A stretch of DNA of 64,000 bases from Polyangiaceae bacterium (GTDB lineage: Bacteria > Myxococcota_A > Polyangia > Polyangiales > Polyangiaceae). Below are positions 45,751 to 56,564 of the stretch, in pieces; the first letter of the stretch is position 1; every line of letters starts with the position of its first letter. The stretch is from NCBI GenBank assembly GCA_965222375.1, contig CBDCTZ010000013.1:64001-128000 (forward strand). The letters run 5' to 3'. The notes beneath the pieces were generated by a model that worked only from the letters and a program-made list of their open reading frames with translations, had not been told where the DNA came from and did no database searches. The translations under genes and the position numbers were made by a program.

Positions 45751-47835
45751 ATGACTACCGAATCTCAGAGCAACGAGACGCCCACGATCGATCCGGCGAA
45801 CGCTGGTCCCGGCGAATCCACGAGCGCCTCGGCGCCTGCAACCGAGGCGGAAGCCGCAGCCGCTGGAAGTGCGCCAGCCGCACCCACTAGCCTGGAGCCG
45901 ACTGCCGCGGAGGCTGCCGCTTCCACTCCGGAAGCCGCTGAGAACTCGGAAAGCGCAGAGCCGGCGCAGGCGGGCGGCGGCGCGACGGACACGGCTCAAG
46001 CCGACTCGAGCAGCGCGGCTCCCGCGGAAGCCACGCCTGTTACCGCTGCACCGAGTGACGCTGCCGCGCCGAGTGGCGACGCCATTCCGGACGATGCCAC
46101 TGCAACGAGTGGTGACGCTCCGGCAGCCGCACCCGCGGGCGACGCCACAGCGAACGATGCGCCAAAAACCGACGCCGCCACAGCGAGCGATGCGCCGAAA
46201 ACCGACACCGCGGCACCGAGTGGCGATGCCACGCCTGACGATGCCACTGCAACGAGTGGTGACGCTCCGGCAGCCGCACCCGCGGGCGACGCCACAGCGA
46301 GCGATGCGCCAAAAACCGACGCCGCCGATGGTGCTGCAGCTGGCGCCGAGGGCCAGAGTGCCGAAAGCGGAGAAAAGAAGAAGAAGCGCAAGCGCAAGAA
46401 GAAGCGCAAGCCAAAAACCGGCGAGGCGCATCGTCCTGCGAGCGAGCGGGCACCTTTTCACGCCGGTGAAGAGGTATTCGGCAAAGTCACCGCAGTGCTC
46501 GAAGACGCCATCATGGTGGATCTGGGCGGAAAGGCCTTGGCCATCTTCGACCGTTCCGAGATGGAAGCCGACGATCTCGTCCCGGAGGTGGGGGATCGAC
46601 TAGTCGCCAGCGTGCTCAACGACGGCGTCCGCGGTGGGCTGGTCGTGCTCACGCGCAAGCCGCTGCGAGAAGAAGAGATCAAACCCAGCATCGAGCAGGC
46701 CGCGGCAGATGGCAGCTTGGTCAAGGGTCTAGTCACGGGTGTGATCAAGGGCGGCGTGGAGGTAAACCTTTCCGGCTTGCGCGCCTTCGCGCCCGCATCG
46801 GGCATGGACTTGCACCCCAACCAGGCGAACTTCGCGTCGCTGCTCGGCCAGCGCCTGGAGTTCAAGGTCGTTCAGTACAAGAGCCAGGGCCGCGACGTGG
46901 TCGTCACGCGCCGGCCGATGCTGGAGGCGGAGGCTCACGAGCGGCGCAAGCACGCCCTCACCCTGCTGTCCGAGGGTCAGGTGATCAAAGGTGTGGTCCG
47001 CACCGTCGTGGAGTGGGGCGCTTTCGTCGCGCTTCCGGAGGCCGAAAACCTCGAAGGCCTGGTGCACATCTCCGAGGCCAGCCACGACACGCGCGCCAAG
47101 ATCACTGACTTGATGAAGCCCGGCGACGAGTGCGAAGTCAAAATCACGAAGATCGACGAGAAGGGCAAAATCTGGCTCAGCCGCAAAGCCCTGATCGAGG
47201 ACCCTTGGGCCGAAGCGAAAGCCAAGTACAGCCCGGGCTCGAAGCACAAGGGCACGGTGGCTCGGCTGGAAGACTTCGGCGCCTTCATCAACCTGGAGCA
47301 GGCGGTGGACGGCCTGATCCACGTGGCAGATCTGGCCTTCGAGAAGATCGAACACCCCAGCAAGGTGCTGACCAAGGACCAAGAGGTCGACGTGGTCGTG
47401 CACCGCTTCGATGACAAGTACAAGCGCATTGCGCTGCATCTGGCACCCACGGGTGACCGCGCAGATGAGGCGCCGCAGAAGGTCGCACGCAACGCCGCGA
47501 TCAAAGTGGAAGTGGTCAAGGCCGAGAGCGCGGGGGTCGTGGTTCGCGTACTTGGAGTCACCGGCCGCGCAGCTCGCGGCTTCATCCCGGCAGGCCAGAC
47601 CGGAACTCAGCGCGGCACGGATCTGCGGCGGCATTTCAAACCCGGCACCCAGCTCGACGTGAAGGTCTTGGATGTGGATCCGCGGCGGGGAGAGCCCAAG
47701 CTCAGCATTCGTGGTCTCAAAGACGACGAGGAGCGCAAAGCTCACAAGGAGTACCGCAAGCAGCTGCAGAAAGAAGGCGGTTTCGGCACCCTAGGCGACC
47801 TGCTCAAGGCACGCCTGTCTGGCGACGACTCCTAG
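45751..47835 (+). CDS. Ribosomal protein S1-like multi-S1-domain protein with long acidic N-terminal extension
   Basis: RAFAPAS, WGAFV...EGLVHISE, DFGAFI...DGLIHVAD, C-term GFGTLGDLLK. Confidence 0.88.
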   Translation: MTTESQSNETPTIDPANAGPGESTSASAPATEAEAAAAGSAPAAPTSLEPTAAEAAASTPEAAENSESAEPAQAGGGATDTAQADSSSAAPAEATPVTAAPSDAAAPSGDAIPDDATATSGDAPAAAPAGDATANDAPKTDAATASDAPKTDTAAPSGDATPDDATATSGDAPAAAPAGDATASDAPKTDAADGAAAGAEGQSAESGEKKKKRKRKKKRKPKTGEAHRPASERAPFHAGEEVFGKVTAVLEDAIMVDLGGKALAIFDRSEMEADDLVPEVGDRLVASVLNDGVRGGLVVLTRKPLREEEIKPSIEQAAADGSLVKGLVTGVIKGGVEVNLSGLRAFAPASGMDLHPNQANFASLLGQRLEFKVVQYKSQGRDVVVTRRPMLEAEAHERRKHALTLLSEGQVIKGVVRTVVEWGAFVALPEAENLEGLVHISEASHDTRAKITDLMKPGDECEVKITKIDEKGKIWLSRKALIEDPWAEAKAKYSPGSKHKGTVARLEDFGAFINLEQAVDGLIHVADLAFEKIEHPSKVLTKDQEVDVVVHRFDDKYKRIALHLAPTGDRADEAPQKVARNAAIKVEVVKAESAGVVVRVLGVTGRAARGFIPAGQTGTQRGTDLRRHFKPGTQLDVKVLDVDPRRGEPKLSIRGLKDDEERKAHKEYRKQLQKEGGFGTLGDLLKARLSGDDS
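46071..46326 (+). repeat. Intragenic direct repeat, 147-bp period
   Basis: SGDA.PDDATATSGDAPAAAPAGDATA.DAPKTDAA encoded twice (46071 and 46218). Confidence 0.85.
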
Positions 47836-47986
47836 CTTTCACCGCGCGACGACGCGCCAGCGAACCTCCCTCATCGCGACGCGCGACAACCCGCATTCGC
47901 GCAGAGCGCAAGAAACCGACGCGCGACGACGCGCCAGCACCACCCGCGACGCGTTCGCAAGCAAGCCTCCCGTGCGGAAAGGCCCC

Positions 47987-49214
47987 TCACTCGCGCCTAA
48001 GCGCGAAGATCGGATCCAGTCGCGCAGCGCGCTGAGCCGGGACCAATCCGAAGACCACGCCGACGACGGTGCTGGTGGCGAGAGCTACAGCGAGCGCCAA
48101 AGGCGATACCCCCATGTTCCAGCCCAAGGCATTGCCGATGGCGCGAACGGCAATTGCAGCCAACACCGCGCCCGCCAGGCCGCCAACGATACTGAGCAAC
48201 ACGGCCTCGGCCAGAAACTGGACGCGGATGTCGGCCTCTCGGGCTCCAATAGCCATGCGGATCCCGATCTCTCGAGTGCGCTCGGCAACGCTCACCAGCA
48301 TGATGTTCATCACGCCAATGCCGCCTACCACCAAGCTGACCGCGGCGATGGACAGCAGCAGCATCTGCAACACGCTCAGAATCCCCTCCTGGGTCTTCCG
48401 GAACTCCTCCTGGCTCCGAATACGAAAGTCGTTTTCGACGCCCTCTGCCAGGCGGTGACGCTGGCGCAAGATCGCCGTCGCATCTCGCTGAACGACGCTG
48501 GGTGGATTCGAGCCCGCACCCTGAAGCAACAGGCGATGCACGCCGCCCGGGCGCGTAGGTGAGAGCTTCGCGCGCATCGTGCGCACGGGCATGATGATGA
48601 TGTCGTCTTGGTCGTTGCCGAAGGGGCTCTGGCCCTTGGACGGCAAGACGGCGATCACACGGAACGCGTGCCGGCCCATACGCAGTACCTCGCCAATGGG
48701 ATTCTCGGTTCCGAAAATCTCGAGCCGGACGGTCTCACCGATAACGCAGACTTTCTCGCCGACAATCTCCGAGCTCGGTCCCCACAGCGTGCCCTCGGTG
48801 ATCTTCCAGCCCCGGATTTCGAAGAAGTCCCGAGTCGTGCCGACGATCTGTGTAGGTCGGTTGGCATCTCGCCACACCACCTGGGAAAAGCCGATGATCA
48901 TCGGCGCCGTGCGCTCCACGCTGGGTGCCTCGGCCGCGAGCGCTTTGCCATCGTCCTCGGTCAGGTCGGGTAGCCCCGCTTCGTCTCGAGCTCCGCTCTG
49001 AGCCGTGTCCCGAGGGATCACGATCAGGGCGTTGTCGCCCAAGCTGTCGATGCGCCCACTGACTGCTTCCCGAGCGCCCTCGCCCAGGGCCACCACGATG
49101 GTCACCGCCGCAACACCGATCAAGATCCCGAACATGGTCAGCAGCGCCCGAACCGAGTTGCGCCGGAGCGAACCCAGCGCCAGCTGGATCGGGACCCACA
49201 GGAAGCGACCCAAG

Positions 49215-49222
<8 letters not shown>
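47987..49222 (-). CDS. MacB-like ABC transporter permease
   Basis: LTMFGILIGVAAV, GGIGVMNIMLVSVAERTREIGIRMAIGA, PAQRAARLDPIFALR. Confidence 0.94.
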
Positions 49223-50434
<1,212 letters not shown>

Positions 50435-50438
<4 letters not shown>

Positions 50439-51184
50439 GCCGCGCTCCCGCTCTCGGACTCGAGGCCCTGCATCAGCGCGAGAGCGTCATCGGGCTCCGG
50501 ATTCCGCTCGTCCTCCACCAAACGCCCATCTCGGAACGTCGTCTGACGATCCGTGCAAGCCGCAATGTCTGGCTCGTGGGTGACGATGAGCACGGTAATA
50601 CCGAGCCCCCGGGACAGCTTCTGAAGCAGGGCCAGGACTTCATAGCTGGTCTTGGAATCCAGGTTTCCAGTGGGTTCGTCCGCCAGCAGCAAAGGCGGGT
50701 CCGTCACCAGCGCGCGTGCGATGGCCACGCGCTGTTGCTGCCCGCCGGAGAGTTGCGCCGGCGTGTGGCCCACCCGGTCGGCGAGCCCGACCTGGTCGAG
50801 GGCCTTTTGCGCACGGCGGCGCCGCTCACGACGCCCAACACCGCGGTACACCAGGGGCAACTCGACATTTTCGAGGGCACTGGTTCGGGGCAAGAGGTTG
50901 AAGCCCTGAAAGACGAAGCCAATCATGCGATTGCGCACGATGGCTCGCTCATCCGCAGAGCAGACGCCAACGTCGATGCCCGCCAAGGTGTAGCTGCCTC
51001 GGGTCGGGCGATCCAAGCAGCCGAGGATGTTCATCAAGGTGCTCTTGCCCGAGCCGCTCGCTCCGACGACTGCGACCAGCTCCCCGGCGCCGATGGAGAG
51101 ATTCACGTCGCGCAGCGCGTGTACGATCTCGGGCCCGGTTACGTAGTCCTTGTAGATCGAGCTCAGTTCAATCAGGGCGTCCAT
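50435..51184 (-). CDS. ABC transporter ATP-binding protein (MacB/LolD-type)
   Basis: [24 protein letters not shown] and [11 protein letters not shown] motifs. Confidence 0.96.
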
Positions 51185-51204
51185 GTTGTCACCACCGACG
51201 CGGA

Positions 51205-52500
51205 TCAGAAGAAGCCGAAGCGCTTCCGCTTCTTTTCTTCGCGTTGCTCGACGACGACTTTGGCGCCTTTGCTCAGGTTGTCGTCTTTGAGCACGCTCCA
51301 GACACCGTCCGTGAAGCCCGTCTTGACCACTCGGTGCTCCAGAGTCTCCGAGCCCTGCTCTCCTCCAGCCACGAGATAAACCCGACCCTCACCATGCTTC
51401 AGCGGCGGCGGCGGTTTGACCTTTTTGGGTTTGCCGTCCTCGTCCTTTTCTGGAAGCGGCCGGAAGCGCAGAGCGGAGTTGCGCACGGCAAGCACCTGCT
51501 TGGCCTCCCGGGTGCGGATCGTGACTGTAGCCGTCATGCCGGGTCGCAGCTTCAATTCGGGGTTGCGCACGTCCACCACTGCGGAATAGGTCACAACACC
51601 TTGCACGTTGTTGGGTGCGTAGCGGATTTGGGTCACTTCGCCGGAAAACGTCTCGCCGGGGAAGGCGTCAACCACCACGTCGGCCTTCATCTTCTCTTTC
51701 AGACGGCCCACGTCCGCTTCGTCGATATCCGCGAGCACCTGCATCTTGCTCAGATCCTGAGCGATCACGAACAGCACCGGCGCCGAGAAACTGGCTGCGA
51801 CGGTCTGACCAGGCTCCACCTGTCGGTCCACGACGATGCCGTCGATGGGTGAGTAGATGCGTGCATACGCCAGAGTGGTGCGCGCACTTTTCAGCTGCGC
51901 GGAGAGCTGTGAAATCTGCGCCCTCGCAGAAGCCACATCCGCGACGGCAATGTCATGCTCACCCTGTGCCTGGTCCAACTGTGACGATGACGCGATGCCT
52001 TCTTTGACTAGGCCCTTGGTCCGATTCAGAGTGACCTTGGCAGTCGCAAGCCGGCTCTGGGAGCGTTTCAGACTCGCTTTGGCGGCACGAAGTTGGGCGC
52101 CGGATTGGCTGACTTGAGCACCGAGCAGACTGGGATCGATTTCCGCGAGCAGGTCCCCCTTTTTCACGGTACTGTTGAAGTCTGCGAGAACCTTGACCAC
52201 ACGGCCCGACACCTGCGCTCCTACTTGCACTTCCGTGACGGGCTTGACGCTGCCCGTGGACTGCACCTGCTCCGTGATGTCGCGGATCTCCACCGCCTCC
52301 GTCATGAAGCGCGCCGGAGGTGGCGGGCGCGTTGCCTTGCGCCAAGCCATGCCGCCAAACACCACGCCTCCCAGCACCACGACCAGGAGCAGACGACGCA
52401 ACCACTTGCGACCACCCTGGCGCGCGAGATCGCGCTTGAGATCGCGAGCGGCCTCGCTCACCAGGCCGGGCTCTGTTCCGTTTTGCACCGATTGGGCCAT
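51205..52500 (-). CDS. Efflux periplasmic adaptor subunit (MacA-like)
   Basis: VGAQVSG, VKKGDLLAEID, IYSPIDG, GQTVAASF and LRPGMTA motifs. Confidence 0.94.
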   Translation of the reverse strand: MAQSVQNGTEPGLVSEAARDLKRDLARQGGRKWLRRLLLVVVLGGVVFGGMAWRKATRPPPPARFMTEAVEIRDITEQVQSTGSVKPVTEVQVGAQVSGRVVKVLADFNSTVKKGDLLAEIDPSLLGAQVSQSGAQLRAAKASLKRSQSRLATAKVTLNRTKGLVKEGIASSSQLDQAQGEHDIAVADVASARAQISQLSAQLKSARTTLAYARIYSPIDGIVVDRQVEPGQTVAASFSAPVLFVIAQDLSKMQVLADIDEADVGRLKEKMKADVVVDAFPGETFSGEVTQIRYAPNNVQGVVTYSAVVDVRNPELKLRPGMTATVTIRTREAKQVLAVRNSALRFRPLPEKDEDGKPKKVKPPPPLKHGEGRVYLVAGGEQGSETLEHRVVKTGFTDGVWSVLKDDNLSKGAKVVVEQREEKKRKRFGFF

Positions 52501-52780
52501 GAGAAGTTGCGTGGGTTTGTCGCCAAGACGTGGCGCTGGCTAGCGGGAACTCGACCCCGTCCTGGTCCCCTAATACCGCGGCCCTCCGGGCGCCGCCCCC
52601 GGGCAGCCCACGAAAGAACCATTTCCATCATGCCTGGGCATTATATTCAATAGTTTCATATATTTACGATCATCCAAGGCCAAGTGCCGCTCGATTGTCC
52701 AATTCAGCAGTGTTGCGCTACCGTGAACATTCGAATGCATCGCCCCTAGGGCGAAACCGCGACTTCGCAGCGGACCGGGC

Positions 52781-53371
52781 ATGCCCCAAAAGACCGATCG
52801 TGAGCTGGTGGATGCGGCCCGTGGGGGCGACGCGAGTGCTTTCGGCGTTCTCGTACGCCGGCACCAGAAGCGCGTCTATCGCGTGGCGGTACACTTACTC
52901 AAGGATGGCGCAGAGGCCGAGGACGTGGCGCAAGAGACGTTCGTGCGGGCCTACCGCGCCCTCGATCGCTTCGATGGGCGGAGCGAGCCCTTCACTTGGA
53001 TTTATCGAATAGCCGTGAATCTCTCCCTAAACGCAATCCGATCCCGCAAGACCCGCCGCGCCGGCCCCAGCCCCGACGATCCGCGGATCGAAGCCGCGCT
53101 CGTGGACAAGAACCCCACGACGGGCAACCCCCATGGCGCTGCGGCGGATCGGGAGCTGGCTGAGGCCTTGGCCGCCGGCATCGACTCGCTCAGCGATACC
53201 CTGCGCACCACCCTCGTCCTCGTGGTCATCGACGGCCTATCCCATGCAGAGGCGGCAGAAGTGCTCGGCTGCCCGGAGGGCACCGTAGCCTGGCGCATCC
53301 ATGAAGCGCGACGAAAACTCAAAACCTATCTGCTCGAAAGCGGACACGGCACTTCGGGAGCGGGCTCATGA
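52781..53371 (+). CDS. ECF RNA polymerase sigma factor
   Basis: AFGVLVRRHQ, AEDVAQETFVRAY, TWIYRIAVN, GLSHAEAAEVLGCPEGTV. Confidence 0.94.
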   Translation: MPQKTDRELVDAARGGDASAFGVLVRRHQKRVYRVAVHLLKDGAEAEDVAQETFVRAYRALDRFDGRSEPFTWIYRIAVNLSLNAIRSRKTRRAGPSPDDPRIEAALVDKNPTTGNPHGAAADRELAEALAAGIDSLSDTLRTTLVLVVIDGLSHAEAAEVLGCPEGTVAWRIHEARRKLKTYLLESGHGTSGAGS

Positions 53372-54492
53372 GCACCAAAGACGAACGGCTGCCCGAAGGC
53401 GCAGAAAAGCTGCTCGCCGAGTGGCCGTTGCCCGAGCGCAACGACGACGATTGGGAAAAGAGCGCGTTAGCCATCGAAGCCCGAATGGTCGAAGCCGCCG
53501 AAAACGATACCGCAAGCGATGACGCACTGCTCTCCGCGCCGCTGCCAGCGGAGCCTGGCGAGGAGGGTGCAACCCCGGAACCGGCACCCATGAGTCTTGC
53601 GGAGCTAGCGCGTCAGAGCGTGGCGGATGACGACGAGGATCCCGACGTGGACCTCGCTCGGGATGCCCTGTCCGTGGCGACTCGTGCCCGCACTAGCCAG
53701 CCTGTCATTCCCGCAAGTGTTCGCGCCGACGCAGCACGGCTCGCAGCGCAGGCGGCAACGCCCGCCGCGCAATCGGCGCCCAAGGGGCCCGCCGTCTCAG
53801 CGGCGCCCGCACCAACATCCAAGCCCTCGCGGGCGCCCTGGATTGCTTCCGCATTGGTGCTCGGTGGGCTGGTGATCGCCGTTGGAATCGTATGGAAGAT
53901 GCGCACCCCCGTGGGCGCGATCGCCTACATGCCCAACAAGCCCGAGGCACCCGCCGAGCCCGCCCCACTCAAGGCAGAAGCGCCGAAAGGGGGCGATCCC
54001 GCGTCCCTGAGCATCGACCAGCTCCCTGGGGAGGGTGACAAGCCCGCCGGTCCAGCCGCGGGCGGCAAGGTGGCGCGAGCCGGCGCTGGCGCGGGTAAGG
54101 CTGCGCCGACTCCCACCGACGCGAGAAAGGGCGCAGCCCCCGAGGAGCCCGAGCCCAAAGTCGCAGCGAAACCCAAGCCCAAGCCAGACCCCGACGAGGA
54201 CCTGAAACCCGCGGCCAACCCGACGGACGTGCCGCAGAAGCCGTCGACCGGCGCGGTGCAGGCGGCGATCGGTTCCGTCCTCGGCAGCGCCCGGGCCTGC
54301 GTGGCTGGCCACAAGCAGCCCTCGCGGGCGACGCTGACCTTCAGCTCTGACGGGCGCGTGAAGAGCGTCGCTGTCTCGGGTCCCGCAGCGGGCTCAGCGG
54401 CTGAAGGCTGCATTCGTTCGGCGCTGTCGCGGGCGCGGGTACACCCCTTTTCCCGGCCAACTTTCAGTGTCGGCGTCACGGTTCGACCCTGA
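53368..54492 (+). CDS. Membrane protein (putative anti-sigma) with C-terminal TonB/AgmX-like domain
   Basis: ATGA overlap with the sigma gene; single TM; Pro-rich linker; ARAC...FSSDGRVKSV...EGCI...PF domain. Confidence 0.7.
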   Translation: MSTKDERLPEGAEKLLAEWPLPERNDDDWEKSALAIEARMVEAAENDTASDDALLSAPLPAEPGEEGATPEPAPMSLAELARQSVADDDEDPDVDLARDALSVATRARTSQPVIPASVRADAARLAAQAATPAAQSAPKGPAVSAAPAPTSKPSRAPWIASALVLGGLVIAVGIVWKMRTPVGAIAYMPNKPEAPAEPAPLKAEAPKGGDPASLSIDQLPGEGDKPAGPAAGGKVARAGAGAGKAAPTPTDARKGAAPEEPEPKVAAKPKPKPDPDEDLKPAANPTDVPQKPSTGAVQAAIGSVLGSARACVAGHKQPSRATLTFSSDGRVKSVAVSGPAAGSAAEGCIRSALSRARVHPFSRPTFSVGVTVRP

Positions 54493-54583
54493 TCTCGGCG
54501 CTCCGCTCCCGGCCAGACCCAAGAAAAACGGGCAATCCTGCAGCTATCGACGAAACCCAGCGAAAGAACGACGAAAAACCGCG

Positions 54584-54612
54584 TTGACAGGCGCAAGACC
54601 GTCTTTCATAGT
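54584..54612 (+). promoter_or_regulatory. Sigma70-type promoter
   Basis: TTGACA-17 bp-CATAGT. Confidence 0.75.
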
Positions 54613-54661
54613 CCCGGCCCCTTTCGCCGGGCGTCCGCCCAGCTCATCGAGGTTATCGAAC

Positions 54662-54835
54662 ATGGTCTCTTCCACACGACAGACCGAGCGCCGCAGGGAG
54701 CTCAAGAGCAACAAGTACGGGCGTGCCAAGCGCCGTCTGCGCGTGCGAGAAGGCACGCCGGCATTCTCCGTTCACCCCCCGGGCTACGATCCGAAGGCCG
54801 CTGACGCCAAGAAAAGCGCGCCCAAGACTGCTTGA
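54662..54835 (+). CDS. Small basic protein (57 aa) upstream of rpsT
   Basis: RBS GAGG; MVSSTRQTERRRELKSNKYGRAKRRLRVREGTPAFSVHPPGYDPKAADAKKSAPKTA; stop 11 bp before the rpsT ATG. Confidence 0.75.
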   Translation: MVSSTRQTERRRELKSNKYGRAKRRLRVREGTPAFSVHPPGYDPKAADAKKSAPKTA

Positions 54836-54846
54836 AGGATTGATTG

Positions 54847-55110
54847 ATGGCTAACCACGCTTCCGCCGAGAAACGCAATCGCCAACGCCTCGTTCGCACC
54901 GAGCGCAATCGCGCCGTGCGAGCCACCGTACGCACCGCCGTGAAGAAGGCACGCACCGCCATCGCCGCTGGCGACAAAGCGGCCGCGGCGCCGTTGGTCG
55001 ATGATGCCGCCAAGAAGCTCGCCCGGGCCGTGTCCAAGGGCGCTTTAGCGAAGAATAGCGGCGCCCGCACGACCTCGCGGATCCGCAGCGGCCTGTCCAA
55101 GCTGGGCTGA
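54847..55110 (+). CDS. rpsT: 30S ribosomal protein S20
   Basis: MANHASAEKRNRQ...RN...RTAVKK...SKGALAKNSGAR..SR. Confidence 0.96.
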   Translation: MANHASAEKRNRQRLVRTERNRAVRATVRTAVKKARTAIAAGDKAAAAPLVDDAAKKLARAVSKGALAKNSGARTTSRIRSGLSKLG

Positions 55111-55183
55111 TTTCGGCCCCCAGCAGCCCGCGTGCTACGCTGCTCCGGGCAGCGCGAGCTTTCCCGGTGCGTGGCAAGCGAAC

Positions 55184-56548
55184 ATGACCGATAGTGACGG
55201 GGAAATAGACGCACTTCTGGGGCAGACCGTCGCGGACAAGTATCGCGTCGAACGTGTACTTGGCCGGGGCGGCATGGGGGCGGTCTACGCGGCGACGCAC
55301 CTCAAGATCAACAAGCAAGTCGCGCTGAAATTCCTCGACCGGGAAGCGGCCCAGGACGAAGACTCCGTGGAGCGCTTCCAGCGCGAAGCGGAAGCTGCCA
55401 GCGCCGTCGACAGCGCGCACATCGTTCAGATCTTCGATTCGGGCGCTCACGACGGGCAGCCCTACCTGGTCATGGAGGTGCTGCGGGGAGAGGACTTGCG
55501 CACCCGCCTGAAGCGCGAAAAGCGAGTGCCGGTCTCAGACGCGATCCATATCAGCGGACAGGTCCTGCGCGCCTTGGCTCGAGCTCATGCGGCGGGCATC
55601 GTGCATCGCGATCTGAAGCCCGACAACGTGTTCCTGTGTCAGCGGGACGACGACCCGATGTTCGTCAAGATCGTGGACTTTGGGATCTCGAAGATCGCTC
55701 GACGCAAGGCTACGAGCAATACACTGACGCGGCGGGGTACCGTGCTGGGAACGGCCTTCTACATGTCGCCGGAGCAAGCCCAGGCATTCACGGACATCGA
55801 CGGACGCAGCGATCTATTCAGCCTGGGCACGATCTTGTACGAAGCCCTCGCCGGGCGCCCACCCCACGACGGCGAAGCCTACGAAGCGATTCTGATCAAC
55901 ATCTGCACCAAGGATGCACCCTCGGTGCGGACCCACGCTCCCGAGGTGCCCGAGCCCCTCGCGCAGGTGATCTCCAAGGCTCTCAGCCGTGATCGGGACC
56001 AGCGCTACCAAACGGCCACGGAATTCTACGAAGCCCTGGCCCTAGCGATGCCAGGGACACTTCGCACCGGCGCGGGAACCATCAGCGCCCGCAACCCATT
56101 TCCGAGCCAGGCGGACACGCCCTCTGTCTCCGCTCGTGGCTCAAAAACCGTGGAGGGAACGGCCGTCAAAACCGGCGGCACCGTGCGCCGAGCCCAGACA
56201 TTTCGCACCGCCGTGTTGGTCATCACGGTCGCCCTCGGGGCCTTCATCGCCACCGTGTTCTTCATGCGCGGAACCAAGGACGAAGGGGATCCACACGCAG
56301 GTGCGCGCGGAGCCCCGGCCGCGGAAATCCAGACCGCCACCCAGACCACGCCCGCGGCGATGGCGCCGCCATCGGCGAGTGCACCCGAGGTACGGCCGAG
56401 TGCGTCCGCCCCCAAGCCCGAGGTCGGCCCACTACCCAAGCGCCCACCACGGCCAAACCTAAGTCCCAAACCTACGGCCAAACCCGCACCGAAGCCCGGG
56501 CCGGCGGGGGTTGCGACCGGGCTCCAGCTCGACGAAAGTGGGCCCTGA
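55184..56548 (+). CDS. Membrane Ser/Thr protein kinase
   Basis: LGRGGMGAVY, HRDLKPDN, DFGISK and GTAFYMSPEQ motifs; TM and Pro-rich tail. Confidence 0.95.
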   Translation: MTDSDGEIDALLGQTVADKYRVERVLGRGGMGAVYAATHLKINKQVALKFLDREAAQDEDSVERFQREAEAASAVDSAHIVQIFDSGAHDGQPYLVMEVLRGEDLRTRLKREKRVPVSDAIHISGQVLRALARAHAAGIVHRDLKPDNVFLCQRDDDPMFVKIVDFGISKIARRKATSNTLTRRGTVLGTAFYMSPEQAQAFTDIDGRSDLFSLGTILYEALAGRPPHDGEAYEAILINICTKDAPSVRTHAPEVPEPLAQVISKALSRDRDQRYQTATEFYEALALAMPGTLRTGAGTISARNPFPSQADTPSVSARGSKTVEGTAVKTGGTVRRAQTFRTAVLVITVALGAFIATVFFMRGTKDEGDPHAGARGAPAAEIQTATQTTPAAMAPPSASAPEVRPSASAPKPEVGPLPKRPPRPNLSPKPTAKPAPKPGPAGVATGLQLDESGP

Positions 56549-56564
56549 TCGACTTCTTTGAGCG

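Noticed and set aside
47843..47938. 19-bp direct repeat CGCGCGACGACGCGCCAGC between convergent genes
   Set aside because: Two low-complexity GC-rich copies only; no function can be supported.
52640..52670. AT-rich patch between the MacAB-like operon and the ECF sigma gene
   Set aside because: Probably ordinary divergent promoter DNA; no clear -35/-10 pair or operator could be assigned.
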